Source of the DNA: Nitrospirota bacterium
Lineage (GTDB): Bacteria; Nitrospirota; Nitrospiria; Nitrospirales; UBA8639
NCBI GenBank assembly: GCA_003235785.1
Contig: QJYE01000022.1
Span: forward strand, 1 to 38,276
DNA length: 38,276 bases
Direction: 5' to 3'
Within the stretch, counting starts at the first letter, position 1. Every line of letters begins with the position of its first letter. Shown piece after piece: positions 10,334 through 19,964 of this stretch. The position numbers were made by a program, and so were the translations under genes. The notes beneath the pieces were generated by a model. That model searched no databases and was not told the DNA's origin. It saw nothing but the letters and a program-made list of their open reading frames with translations.

Positions 10334-10494
10334 ATTCCGTAATAGGCGAGAAGAAATCTGGCCTGGATGTCAGACTTTTCATCTGGAGTGAGTTTCTTGA
10401 CGGCATTCCAGTGGTCGTGAAGGATGTTGGGCCAATGTGAGTGCATGGAGGCGGAGTGAGATCCACCAGATTTTTTTAGGTAGGTGTCCTTCTT

Positions 10495-11361
10495 ATGGCT
10501 ATAACCACAGTGTTTCCACGAGAAATGGAAATGAATGCGATCTCGACCAAAGGTGGCGAGTCGGTCTTTCATAAAATGAGGAATGTGTTGAATAGCGTCC
10601 ATGTCTCGGCAGGTCTGATTAATCAGCAATTGCGAGAATTTCATTTGGATGATGTTGGTCGTATTGCCGATATGTTGGAGGCGCACGAGGACAATGTCGG
10701 GTGGTATCTCACTCAGGATCCCAAGGGGAAAAAAATTCCGCATTATTTAGGACAATTGAGCCAGGAATTGCGGCACAAGCATTTGGCGACACTCACGGAA
10801 CTGACGACGCTGAATTATTATCTTGAGCAACTGGAATATGTCCTCACGGCAGGACATGCTCCTGAGCGAGCTGGCGGGTTCAAGGATACGGTTCAGTTTG
10901 CGGCTGTCATGGATGAAGCCGTGATGGCGCATCAGGGAGAGCTGGATCGGATGGGGATCGAAGTGGTTCGAGATTATTGCATGGTAGGAGAGGGGATTTT
11001 GGAAGTGGCCAGACTGAGACCCATTGTGGTGAGTCTAATCCGGAACGCGATTAATGCGATGTGTGAGGCACCTACACGGACTCATCGCCTGGGCCTCCAT
11101 GTGATGCCCTGTCCGGATCGTGACGGGTTTGTCCGTTTGCAAGTGGAAGATACCGGTTGTGGTATTTCATCCGATTGCCTTACTCGGGTTTTTTCGCCCC
11201 AGACCCCGGAGATGCAGGCAGATCTCCTGCCGAATCTCCATGCGAGTGCATTAGCGGCAAAAGACCTTGGTGGATCCTTGCGGGTTTGGAGCGATGGGCC
11301 GAATCAGGGAGCCATGTTTACACTTGATCTACCAGTTATTCATATGGAGGACACACAGTAA
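10495..11361 (+). CDS. Sensor-less histidine kinase-like protein with degenerate ATP lid/G2 box
   Basis: VFHKMRNVLNSVHVS, SLIRNAINA, VEDTGCG, GAMFTLDLP; G2 region reads QADLLPNLH. Start could be slightly downstream. Confidence 0.8.
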   Translation: MAITTVFPREMEMNAISTKGGESVFHKMRNVLNSVHVSAGLINQQLREFHLDDVGRIADMLEAHEDNVGWYLTQDPKGKKIPHYLGQLSQELRHKHLATLTELTTLNYYLEQLEYVLTAGHAPERAGGFKDTVQFAAVMDEAVMAHQGELDRMGIEVVRDYCMVGEGILEVARLRPIVVSLIRNAINAMCEAPTRTHRLGLHVMPCPDRDGFVRLQVEDTGCGISSDCLTRVFSPQTPEMQADLLPNLHASALAAKDLGGSLRVWSDGPNQGAMFTLDLPVIHMEDTQ

Positions 11362-11924
11362 TGGAGATGGAACAAGACAACCGGCGGATCTTGGTTATTG
11401 ATGATAATGTGGCGATCCACGATGATTTCCGGAAAATTCTGGAACGCTCCTTGGATACGTCGTTATTGCAGGAAGTGCGAGCCGAATTGTTCGATGATGT
11501 GGAAGAGCAAAAGGTGGTGGAAAAATTCGAAGTGGATTGTGCCGATCAAGGGCAGATGGGGTATCGCATGATCCAGGAGGCTATGAAGGCTAATCGACCG
11601 TATGCCGTGGCCTTTGTGGATATGCGCATGCCGCCTGGCTGGGATGGGGTGGAAACGGTTGAGCATTTGTGGCAGGAAGATCCAGATTTACAAGTCGTGA
11701 TTTGCACCGCATTTTCTGATCATGCGTGGGAAGATGTGATTCAACGATTGAATAAGAATGACAAGTTGCTCATCCTCCGAAAGCCCTTTGATAACATTGA
11801 AGTCTGGCAGTTAGCGAATTCGTTGACTAAGCGTTGGGCAGAATCGCGTCAGGCTAAGTCTCAATTAGAGCTGTTGGCCCAATGGGCTGAAGAGCGGGCG
11901 GAAGAAACGGTGAAAGCCAACTGA
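11361..11924 (+). CDS. Stand-alone response regulator (receiver with insertion plus short C-terminal helix)
   Basis: ILVIDD, AFVDMRMPPGWDG, ICTAFS, LRKPF; SD GGAGG; TAATG overlap with the upstream gene. Confidence 0.92.
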   Translation: MEMEQDNRRILVIDDNVAIHDDFRKILERSLDTSLLQEVRAELFDDVEEQKVVEKFEVDCADQGQMGYRMIQEAMKANRPYAVAFVDMRMPPGWDGVETVEHLWQEDPDLQVVICTAFSDHAWEDVIQRLNKNDKLLILRKPFDNIEVWQLANSLTKRWAESRQAKSQLELLAQWAEERAEETVKAN

Positions 11925-12088
11925 TTTTCAATCATGGCACGCATACATCGGGTTGGTCTCTGCTGTCACTGGCGCCGGTGATCTTGGAAAGGAAGCCAGC
12001 AAAAGATGGGAGGCCTGCTCACGTCACAATAGTGAATCAATTTAAATCGAAAATTTCTGGTACATACCCTCCAGGTCAATGACTTCTC

Positions 12089-13381
12089 ATGTTGCCTTCT
12101 GATTGTCTTTCTCCTCAAAACATTGTGCCGCTTCATGTGTTGATGGTGGGTTTTGATGAGGCGGATTTTTCTCCTTCCTGCCGTTCGGTTTTCGCGTCCC
12201 TTGACCCCAAGGCCTCGATGCAATGGGTGAAGACTCTCCAGGAGGGGATGGCTCAGATTGAGTTGGGGAACAGCTACGAGGTGATTCTCCTGGATTGTCG
12301 AAAGGCAGTCGGAGTCTGGGAGGAAATGTGTCAGGGGGTAGAAGGTTGCCAAGGCGCCGTGATTCTTGGAGTGATCGCCGGTGCCGAGAAGGATGTCGAT
12401 CAGAATAGGCTGATTGAAGATGCGGTTGGGTTTCGGGTGGACGAAGCTTTGGCACCCAACGTTTTGAAGTGGGTGCTGCGTCATGCGCGGGAACGGCAGC
12501 AGTTTCTGGTTGAGCAGGAGCAACTCCGTGTGCAGTTAGGCAAAGCAGCGTATAAAAGTGAAATGGCTGATGTGGCCTCTACCGTCCTACATAATATGGG
12601 CAATGTGCTGACTAGCGTGATGGTTGCCGCCAACATGGTGGAATCGGTAGTCGAGCAGTCGCCAGTGATTCTTGTCAATCGAATGGTGGAACTGATTAAC
12701 GCTCACCTGGAAGATTTAGGATCCTATTTGACGGAAGATGCCAAGGGAAAACGTATTCCTGCTTCACTCGAAAAGCTTGGGGCTCACCTCGCCGAGGAAC
12801 AGAAAACGGTTCTCAGGGAAATGAAATCGTTGGTCCGGAATATTCGCCACATGAAGCAAATCATTATCTCTCATCAAGGGATGGTTAAGTCTGTGGGCCA
12901 TGCCGAGCGGATCTCGTTAGTTGATGTCGTTGCTCATGCTATGGAACTGAGTTTTCAGCCAGAAGATGATACGTGGATCACGATTTGTCGTGATTACCAG
13001 GAGGTGCCGGCGGTTTTGGCTGATCAACATCAATTGTTACAGATCCTGGTGAATCTTCTTCGCAATGCGAAGCAAGCGATGCGACAGTATGTGGTGGATC
13101 GCCACGAGCTCATTCTCAATGTGAAATTAAAACCGGATGATGAGAGGTTTGTTGTGATGACCATCCAGGATAGCGGGATAGGGATTGCTCCCGAGCATTT
13201 GTCAAAAATGTTTGTGAGAGGGTTTACCACGAAACCGGACGGCAATGGGATTGGTCTTCATAGCTCAATTATCGCCATCAAGAACATGGGTGGTTCGATG
13301 ACTGTTCACAGCGATGGTCTAGGGCAAGGTGCCACGTTTACTCTGATTTTCCCTGTTCACAAAGAGGCGGTGTTGGCATGA
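12089..13381 (+). CDS. Histidine kinase with degenerate N-terminal receiver
   Basis: YEVILLD; VLHNMGNVLTS; VNLLRNAKQA; DSGIG; GFTTKPDGNGIGLH; GATF. Confidence 0.88.
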   Translation: MLPSDCLSPQNIVPLHVLMVGFDEADFSPSCRSVFASLDPKASMQWVKTLQEGMAQIELGNSYEVILLDCRKAVGVWEEMCQGVEGCQGAVILGVIAGAEKDVDQNRLIEDAVGFRVDEALAPNVLKWVLRHARERQQFLVEQEQLRVQLGKAAYKSEMADVASTVLHNMGNVLTSVMVAANMVESVVEQSPVILVNRMVELINAHLEDLGSYLTEDAKGKRIPASLEKLGAHLAEEQKTVLREMKSLVRNIRHMKQIIISHQGMVKSVGHAERISLVDVVAHAMELSFQPEDDTWITICRDYQEVPAVLADQHQLLQILVNLLRNAKQAMRQYVVDRHELILNVKLKPDDERFVVMTIQDSGIGIAPEHLSKMFVRGFTTKPDGNGIGLHSSIIAIKNMGGSMTVHSDGLGQGATFTLIFPVHKEAVLA

Positions 13382-13490
13382 AGAGTGAGCGACGCCGATA
13401 GGGACAGCAGTTCATGAGGATTCCTGAGAGTACGATGGTTGATGTGCGGCAATTCTGACCTTTCCAGTTTTCCACTTTCTGAGGATCGCC

Positions 13491-14471
13491 ATGCTACAAC
13501 AGTATCAGTCACAGGTTGGATCATCAGTTGAGGAATCCGCGTCTGCGCTGGCAGATCAATTGGCGGAACCGGAAGCTGACAATGATCGTTTAGAGCAAGA
13601 TCTGATTCGGCAGCAGGATCTTGTGCAACAGTTAACTTGCGCGGTTCGAGATTTAGAGAGAGTGAATTTGGAAATCTTGGCTGCTCGGGATCAAGCCTTG
13701 ATCGAGTTGGAGGCACGAGAGCCGATCGAGTTAGCTCTCCGACAAAAGACGGAAGCCTTGCTCAGATCGAACCGGGATCTCGAACAGTTTGCCTCTCTTG
13801 CTGCCCATGACTTGCAAGAGCCGCTTCATTCCATTCAGGTATTTCTGGATTTATTGCGCGTAAAGTATGGAGCGGCATTGAATGAGCAGGGACAGGGGTA
13901 CATCATTCGAGTCGTGAAAGCGGCGAAGAGGATGCAAGAATTGATTGAAGGCTTGCTGGTCTATTCCCGAATTGATGGTTCTGATGTGACGGGCGGCACT
14001 CTTGCGTTGCAGCAGATTGTGGAAGATATCCTTTCTGATCTAGGAGGCCAGATTGAGACGTTGCAGGCGGAAATCCATGTGGGAGATCTCCCTGTGATTC
14101 ATGGTGACGCGTTGCATATCCGGCAACTCCTTCAGAACCTCATTGGCAATGCGTTGAAGTTTCATCAGCCTGGTGTCGCGCCGGTTATTTATGTCTCGGG
14201 TATGATGATTCAGAATCGTCGTCAGGCCGGACCCGAGAAGTCAGGGACGCTCTGTCAGATAGAAATCCAGGACCAAGGCATTGGAATTCCTGAGGAACAC
14301 CTTGCCAAAATTTTTGGCATGTTCACACGATTGCATCGAAAAGATCAGTATGAGGGTACCGGGATCGGACTGGCGGTGTGTCAACGCATTGCCGAGCAAT
14401 GTGGAGGCGGAATATCGGTTCGTTCCACCCTTGGGAGCGGAACAACGTTTACGGTGACCTTGCCAGCGTAA
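13491..14471 (+). CDS. Cytoplasmic histidine kinase (coiled coil + bacteriophytochrome-type HisKA/HATPase, no sensor domain)
   Basis: RSNRDLEQFASLAAHDLQEPL, QNLIGNALKF, DQGIG, FTRLH..YEGTGIGL; SD GAGGA. Confidence 0.9.
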   Translation: MLQQYQSQVGSSVEESASALADQLAEPEADNDRLEQDLIRQQDLVQQLTCAVRDLERVNLEILAARDQALIELEAREPIELALRQKTEALLRSNRDLEQFASLAAHDLQEPLHSIQVFLDLLRVKYGAALNEQGQGYIIRVVKAAKRMQELIEGLLVYSRIDGSDVTGGTLALQQIVEDILSDLGGQIETLQAEIHVGDLPVIHGDALHIRQLLQNLIGNALKFHQPGVAPVIYVSGMMIQNRRQAGPEKSGTLCQIEIQDQGIGIPEEHLAKIFGMFTRLHRKDQYEGTGIGLAVCQRIAEQCGGGISVRSTLGSGTTFTVTLPA

Positions 14472-14520
14472 CCATGAAATTGAGTCAGTATTTTTTTAAT
14501 AGAGTTCGAAGAGATTTCTT

Positions 14521-16368
14521 ATGATTTCCCCCACTATCCTTTCTTCTATTCGATATGTGTTGTCATTGGGCGATGACCCCAACATTCATGACTTTCTGAG
14601 GCAAGCCCTCCGGATATCCGAAGGTGATGATGTCTCGAACGAGGGCACATTGCATGTTCCTTATTCCGGTGTGCACATGAGCCCATATTCTTTTGCTCTG
14701 GTCAGCGCTGGAGATTGGCCGGCTGCCTTCCAGCATGTGGAAGAAGGTAAGCAAACGGGTAAGCCAATTTCGCTTCTCTTCCTCTCGGGGTGCTTGGATC
14801 AATGGGAGAGGGTGGGTTCGCAGATCGAAAGGATGTGGATGCTGGATGACACCCTACGGTGTGTGGTCTGTCTGTCCGCTGATGCCGCGTTAAAGCCTGT
14901 GCCTCTGTCGCTGAGTCGTCCTGAACAATGGGCGGTGTTTCGGATGACGGGTTTGGGGGAGGAATGCTATCAAATGGCTTCATGCCTGAGTGCCTTTTCC
15001 AGTTCTTCCTCTCCCGGGCTGTTAGGGAAAGCATGGGCTGGTGAATCCTCGGCGAGGGTTGACGGGGAAGTCGTACCGATTGTGATAAAGGACGTGGTTG
15101 CTCAACAGGCCGAATTGGCTTCGGCTCGCGACGAATTGGCGACGTCAAAAGTCTATGTAGATAATGTGTTGCGCTCGATGGCGGATTCTCTGCTGGTGAT
15201 TGATGCCAGCATGACGATTGGGTCGGTGAATCCCTCACTGCTTGAACTGTTAGGGTACCGAGAGGATGAACTGATTGGTCAATCGCCGGGATTAATCTTT
15301 GGAGAAGAATTTGCCCAGGGTTCCATTATCGAGAATTTACTTCTTCAAGGATCAGTCAGTGGCATTGAGTCCAGTTTCCTCACGCACGATGGCCGATTGA
15401 TTCCCATTTCTGTATCCGGTTCGATGATGCAGGATGAACAGGGCCAATTCCAGGGCCTGGTGTGTGTGGCGCAAGATATCACTGAGCGCAAGCGGATGGA
15501 AGAGGAGAAACTGCAATTACATGCACAATTGTTAGATACCTCTCGTCAGCTTGGCATGGCAGAAGTGGCTTCAGATGTCTTACATAATGTCGGGAATGTG
15601 TTGAATAGTATTAATGTGTCCATCGGTGTCATTGGGGATCTCCTTAAGCATTCCATGGTTGGGGATGTCGGTCGGATCTCACAGCTTTTCCAGAAGCATC
15701 AGGACGATCTCGGGAGTTATTTCGCTACCAATCCCAAGGGGAAACAGGTGCCTGCCTATTTAGAAAAATTAGCGGGTCAATTATTGGAAGAGCAACGAGT
15801 GGCCATCGCAGAAATTGAACGATTGCGTCAGAATGCCCACCATGCGCAACAATGTGTTGCCTCACAACAAGATCTTGCGAAGCCAAATGGAATCACCGAA
15901 CCCATCTCAATCGTATCGTTAGTTGAAGAAGCGTTAGAGGCGAATCAGGAGTTGTTGGAGGCCTCACAGATTGAGGTGTCCCGAGAGTTTCACGAAATTC
16001 CCCAGCTTATTGTAGATAAATATCAAGTGCTTGAGGTGATGGTGGATGTGATTCGGAATGCTTGCCAGGCAATGGCTTTGGCTCCAGCGAAGCACCTTGT
16101 TGTTCGTGCGAAACTTATTCCTGGCCCCCCTGATTCCGTCTGTCTGGAAGTTCAAGATTCTGGTGTGGGGATCGTTCCCGAGGATCTTATTAAAATTTTT
16201 GGCCAAGGGTATAGCGCGAAAAATGGGGGCCGAGGCATGAGTTTGCATAGTGGGGCGCTTATTGCGAAGAACATTGGCGGAGCCTTGCGAGCTCATAGCG
16301 AGGGTCTTGGGCATGGTGCCACATTCTCTTTGGACTTGCCCGGTAACTTTCATTTCACTGACCTGTAG
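14521..16368 (+). CDS. Pseudo-receiver + PAS + histidine kinase
   Basis: PAS (SMADSLLVID..VNPS..AQDITERK); VLHNVGNVLNSINVS; IRNACQA; DSGVG; GATFSLDLP. Confidence 0.9.
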   Translation: MISPTILSSIRYVLSLGDDPNIHDFLRQALRISEGDDVSNEGTLHVPYSGVHMSPYSFALVSAGDWPAAFQHVEEGKQTGKPISLLFLSGCLDQWERVGSQIERMWMLDDTLRCVVCLSADAALKPVPLSLSRPEQWAVFRMTGLGEECYQMASCLSAFSSSSSPGLLGKAWAGESSARVDGEVVPIVIKDVVAQQAELASARDELATSKVYVDNVLRSMADSLLVIDASMTIGSVNPSLLELLGYREDELIGQSPGLIFGEEFAQGSIIENLLLQGSVSGIESSFLTHDGRLIPISVSGSMMQDEQGQFQGLVCVAQDITERKRMEEEKLQLHAQLLDTSRQLGMAEVASDVLHNVGNVLNSINVSIGVIGDLLKHSMVGDVGRISQLFQKHQDDLGSYFATNPKGKQVPAYLEKLAGQLLEEQRVAIAEIERLRQNAHHAQQCVASQQDLAKPNGITEPISIVSLVEEALEANQELLEASQIEVSREFHEIPQLIVDKYQVLEVMVDVIRNACQAMALAPAKHLVVRAKLIPGPPDSVCLEVQDSGVGIVPEDLIKIFGQGYSAKNGGRGMSLHSGALIAKNIGGALRAHSEGLGHGATFSLDLPGNFHFTDL

Positions 16369-16582
16369 GGGTGTCCTCCTTCATTCTGGTTTTTCCCTCT
16401 CATAGTTTTTCTTCCTAAGGTTTGTGGATTTTTCACGATTCTAGCATGTTGCCGTGCGTTGCTGGTCTGATGCCCCGCGAAGGGTTAAGAGGCCTCTGAG
16501 GGTAACCGAGGAGGAACTGACGCGGGAGTTCGCGCGAGTCTCTGACGGTGCTTGTTTTTCCTACTTTATTTGGTTTCATGTT

Positions 16583-17395
16583 ATGACGATGTTTTGGCAG
16601 CCAATCGATGCTGATTCGTGGAATGAGGGAAGCCAGGATTCCTTGCATCCGTCTATGTCGCATGACAGGGAGCATATGGGAGGATTGATCAGCCATCAGC
16701 AGGGAGGTGCCGCTCGCTCGTGTCTTGAGACTGGTGAATTGGAATCTTATGTCGAAGTGTTGACGCCACAGATTGGAGCGATTCCATCTGATCTGGAAAA
16801 TGGATTGAGTGTGAGTCTAGAAGTGTTTGCATTATCTGAGGGGCTTGGTATTTCCCCATGTGTGATGCAGACCCTATGGCAACATAGTGTGCGAACAGGT
16901 TATATGGCGGCATTGATTGCTGCGGATCAGCATCTTTCTCGACAGTTGGTCTGGCAAGCCTTTGTCGGTGGGTTGTTGCATGACATCGGGATGTTAATCT
17001 TTCTCACACAACAGCCGCAGGTATTTTCGGCCATTGTTGATTTGGCTCAATGTCAGGGGCAAGATTTGGCCACGATGGAGCAAAATTTTTTAGGGACTAC
17101 CCATGCCGAATGTGGAGCGAGGTTCTTGGCTCGTTGGGGAGTCTCAATGGAGGTGCTGACCATTGTGGCGTTTCATGATCAACCGTTTAAGGTTTCTCAT
17201 TCTGCCGTGTGTCCTCTCACGGCCGTCTATATTGCTAATATGTTGGAAGGAGGGGGGATCGCCCAAGATGGCGATGGGCTGGTCGGGTGTGAAGGGGAAG
17301 CCTATCTAAGGCGTCTGGGATTATGGGATCATCTTCCACTCTATCAAGGATGGATGCGAGAGCTTCCCTTCCCCATCTCTCTGGGTTATAACTAA
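16583..17395 (+). CDS. HDOD/HD-related signalling protein (N-terminally atypical)
   Basis: LWQHS, AFVGGLLHDIG, GTTHAECGA..LARWG, AFH; start uncertain (16454 GTG, 16583 ATG or later). Confidence 0.8.
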   Translation: MTMFWQPIDADSWNEGSQDSLHPSMSHDREHMGGLISHQQGGAARSCLETGELESYVEVLTPQIGAIPSDLENGLSVSLEVFALSEGLGISPCVMQTLWQHSVRTGYMAALIAADQHLSRQLVWQAFVGGLLHDIGMLIFLTQQPQVFSAIVDLAQCQGQDLATMEQNFLGTTHAECGARFLARWGVSMEVLTIVAFHDQPFKVSHSAVCPLTAVYIANMLEGGGIAQDGDGLVGCEGEAYLRRLGLWDHLPLYQGWMRELPFPISLGYN

Positions 17396-17666
17396 ACGGT
17401 ATTTCCTTAGTATTGACCAGGAATGTGTTCTGCATTCTTGATTCTGGCATCAAGCCAGATTTCCTGCCCGTTTTCGTGAATGCCCGCCTTTACCCTTGTC
17501 AATGTCGCACGGCTTTTCTGCTTGAGGAGAATGTTTCCTCGCGCTGTTTCCATTTCCCGGTCGAGCCTTGTAGGATTGGTCGCCTAGCGTTTATCCATAC
17601 AGAAAGAACGAGAGCTCCTCGACCCTTCTGGGTCTCCCTAGGGCTAGGGCTCTGAGCAAGTGCCGG

Positions 17667-19918
17667 ATGGAAAAATTGTTACGATATGGAGTTAGTGGAC
17701 TGTTCTTCGTGGGATGCCTCCTATTGCTTCCCCATGTCGTTGTTTCCTTGGATCCGCCGCTGGTCCCTTGTTATGACGCGGAGCGATGTTTTGCTGAATT
17801 GTTGGTGGAAGTCGATGCGCCACCTTCTGGATCTGCGGTTTCATCTAAAGCTGCCACCATTTTTCTGCAACTGACGACAGCCTATGGCCATACCCCTTGG
17901 GCTCAACGGGCGAGACTGCGCTATGGGCATGCACTTCTGGCCTCAAAGCCAGATGAAGCAATCCCTTTGTTGCAACAATCCTTAACTGATTTTCCCATGT
18001 TGGATGATTATCTGTATTGGTGGCTCATGCAAGCCTATGTGAATGAGGGTTTGTGGGGGGAGGCGGCAAAGATAGTTGAGAAATTCACCAATGGATATCG
18101 CGAATCCCTTGTGCGAGCTGACGTGTTGTATCAGGGTGGAACAGCCTTATTGGAAATGAAGGATTGCCAGGCTGCTCGTTCTGTTTTAACGCAAGGGTTG
18201 GCCTTGAAGCCACGACATGCCCAAGCTGCTTACGCGTTATTTCAGAAAGGTTTGTGCGCGGCTCAACTTGGACGCAAGGATGAAGCCATCGAGATTTTTC
18301 GTAAATTGTGGTGGCAGTTCCCGTTGGCACTGGAAAGGGATCATGTCGAAGCTTGGTTCGTTCAAGAAGGAGATTCAACGTTTGTCCCGACAGTTGCGGA
18401 GCGGTATCAGCGTGGGATGATATTGTCGAAGAGAGGAGCCTTGTCAGAGGCCATAGCGGAATTCCAGCGGGTAGAGGCATTCTCATTGAATACCCCACAA
18501 TCGATCCAAGCACAATTTCAAGTCGCCATGGCTTTGATTCGATTGAAGCGGTACGGTCAAGCGGAAAACACGTTGAAAGTGCTCGCCCAATCTCCCTCTT
18601 CCCGGAGAGACGAGGCGTGGGTCTGGTTAGGTCGAACATATCTGCGGCAAGGTAAAGGGCAGCCATTGGCCAATTTAGTCAAGGCATTGCCGGTGGATGG
18701 GCTTACTGGAGATCAGCAAGCTCAATTGTACACTTTTTATGGAATTTGGTTGGAGGATCATGATCGGTGGGCTGAAGCGGTGCAGGCCTATCAGAAGGCA
18801 GGGCATATCGCGCATACCTTGTCACGGCAATTGGATGCCTGGTGGCGAGCCGGATGGATTTATTACCAACGTCAGCAATTTTCTCAAGCCATCACCGTCT
18901 TTCAGGAGATTATTCAGAAGACTCAGGAGCCGCATTCGGTTTCTCTGATACATGTGGCGGCTCAAGCCTCATATTGGTTAGCCCGCTCACAAGCCCATGT
19001 GGGGCAGCTGGCCGAAGCAACACAGCATTTTGAACACATACATCAGGCGTATCCTTTGACCTATTATGGGCAATTGGCACAGAGCCAGCTTGGCCCGACT
19101 GCAAGTCATTCCCCTGCATGGGGGGGGGGATAGCCACAACCGTTTCGCAGGGAAGGGGTGTTCCTGCCAATCTCGAGCAAGATATCCATTACCAAAAATT
19201 CCAAGTCCTCAAGCAGGTTCAATTTTCCAAAGAGGCTTTGCAGGAATTTGAGCAGGTGGCCGTCCGGCATGGGTCAAATGTGCAGGTGTTCCCTGAGCTC
19301 ATTTCTTTAGCCGGAGGGGTTGGAGCCCACGATGTTGGAATTCGTTTAGCGATTCGTCATTTTGGGTCTACCTTGCGGACCGGGCAGCTGCCGTCTGGTT
19401 CTCCGGCGTGGGCTGGAGCGTTCCCCATGGGCTATCACGAAATGATTCGATCATACGCTCCTCAACATGTGGATCCTTTTTTGGTAGCCGGCCTCATTCG
19501 TGAAGAAAGTTTATATAGCACTCGTGTGGTCTCGCCTGTTGGTGCGATCGGGCTGATGCAACTCATGCCGGCAACGGCGAAACGTCTGGCACATCAATTG
19601 ACATCGGGCATAGCCTATGAGCCTGCTCATTTGTATCAACCCCGGCATAATATCCAATTAGGAACGCATTATTTGGGGCAGTTGGTGGATGAATTTCAGG
19701 GTAACCTTATTTATTCCGTGGCGGCGTATAACGCGGGGCCTGAGGCGGTCCAACGATGGATGGCTAAAAATGGGCATCGTCCGTCTGATGAATTTGTCGA
19801 ACTGATCGGCTATCGGGAGACTCGTGGATATGTGAAACGGGTGTTAGGGAGTTACCGAATTTATCGGGCCTTATTTGGTGAGCCGTGCTCCGGCAATTCT
19901 CTTGACAGGTTTTGTTGA
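17667..19918 (+). pseudogene. slt: TPR-containing soluble lytic murein transglycosylase (Slt70-like), frameshifted at a G10 run (19120-19129)
   Basis: 17667..19133 has a signal-like N-terminus, TPRs and YPLTYYG; 19118..19918 has IREES, GAIGLMQLMP, AAYNAG, ETRGYVKRV. G11 or G8 would fuse the two frames. Confidence 0.8.
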
Positions 19919-19930
19919 ACGCACTATAGT
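19902..19930 (+). promoter_or_regulatory. Sigma70 promoter for the zapB-like/zapA genes
   Basis: TTGACA-N17-TATAGT; SD AAGGAGGT at 19953-19960. Confidence 0.8.
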
Positions 19931-19964
19931 CGGCGCGTTTATCCCTGTAAGGAAGGAGGTCTGT

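Noticed and set aside
11935-11950. TGGCAC as a sigma54 -24 box
   Set aside because: No TTGC -12 element at the required spacing (reads TGGCAC-GCATA-CATCG).
13378-13460. ATG overlapping the kinase stop (MKSERRR*), considered as a second amber readthrough
   Set aside because: Different frame from 13491..14471, and it meets TGA soon after; no domain continuity.
17611-17653. Small branched stem-loop upstream of slt
   Set aside because: Short stems with no riboswitch motif I recognise; could be chance.
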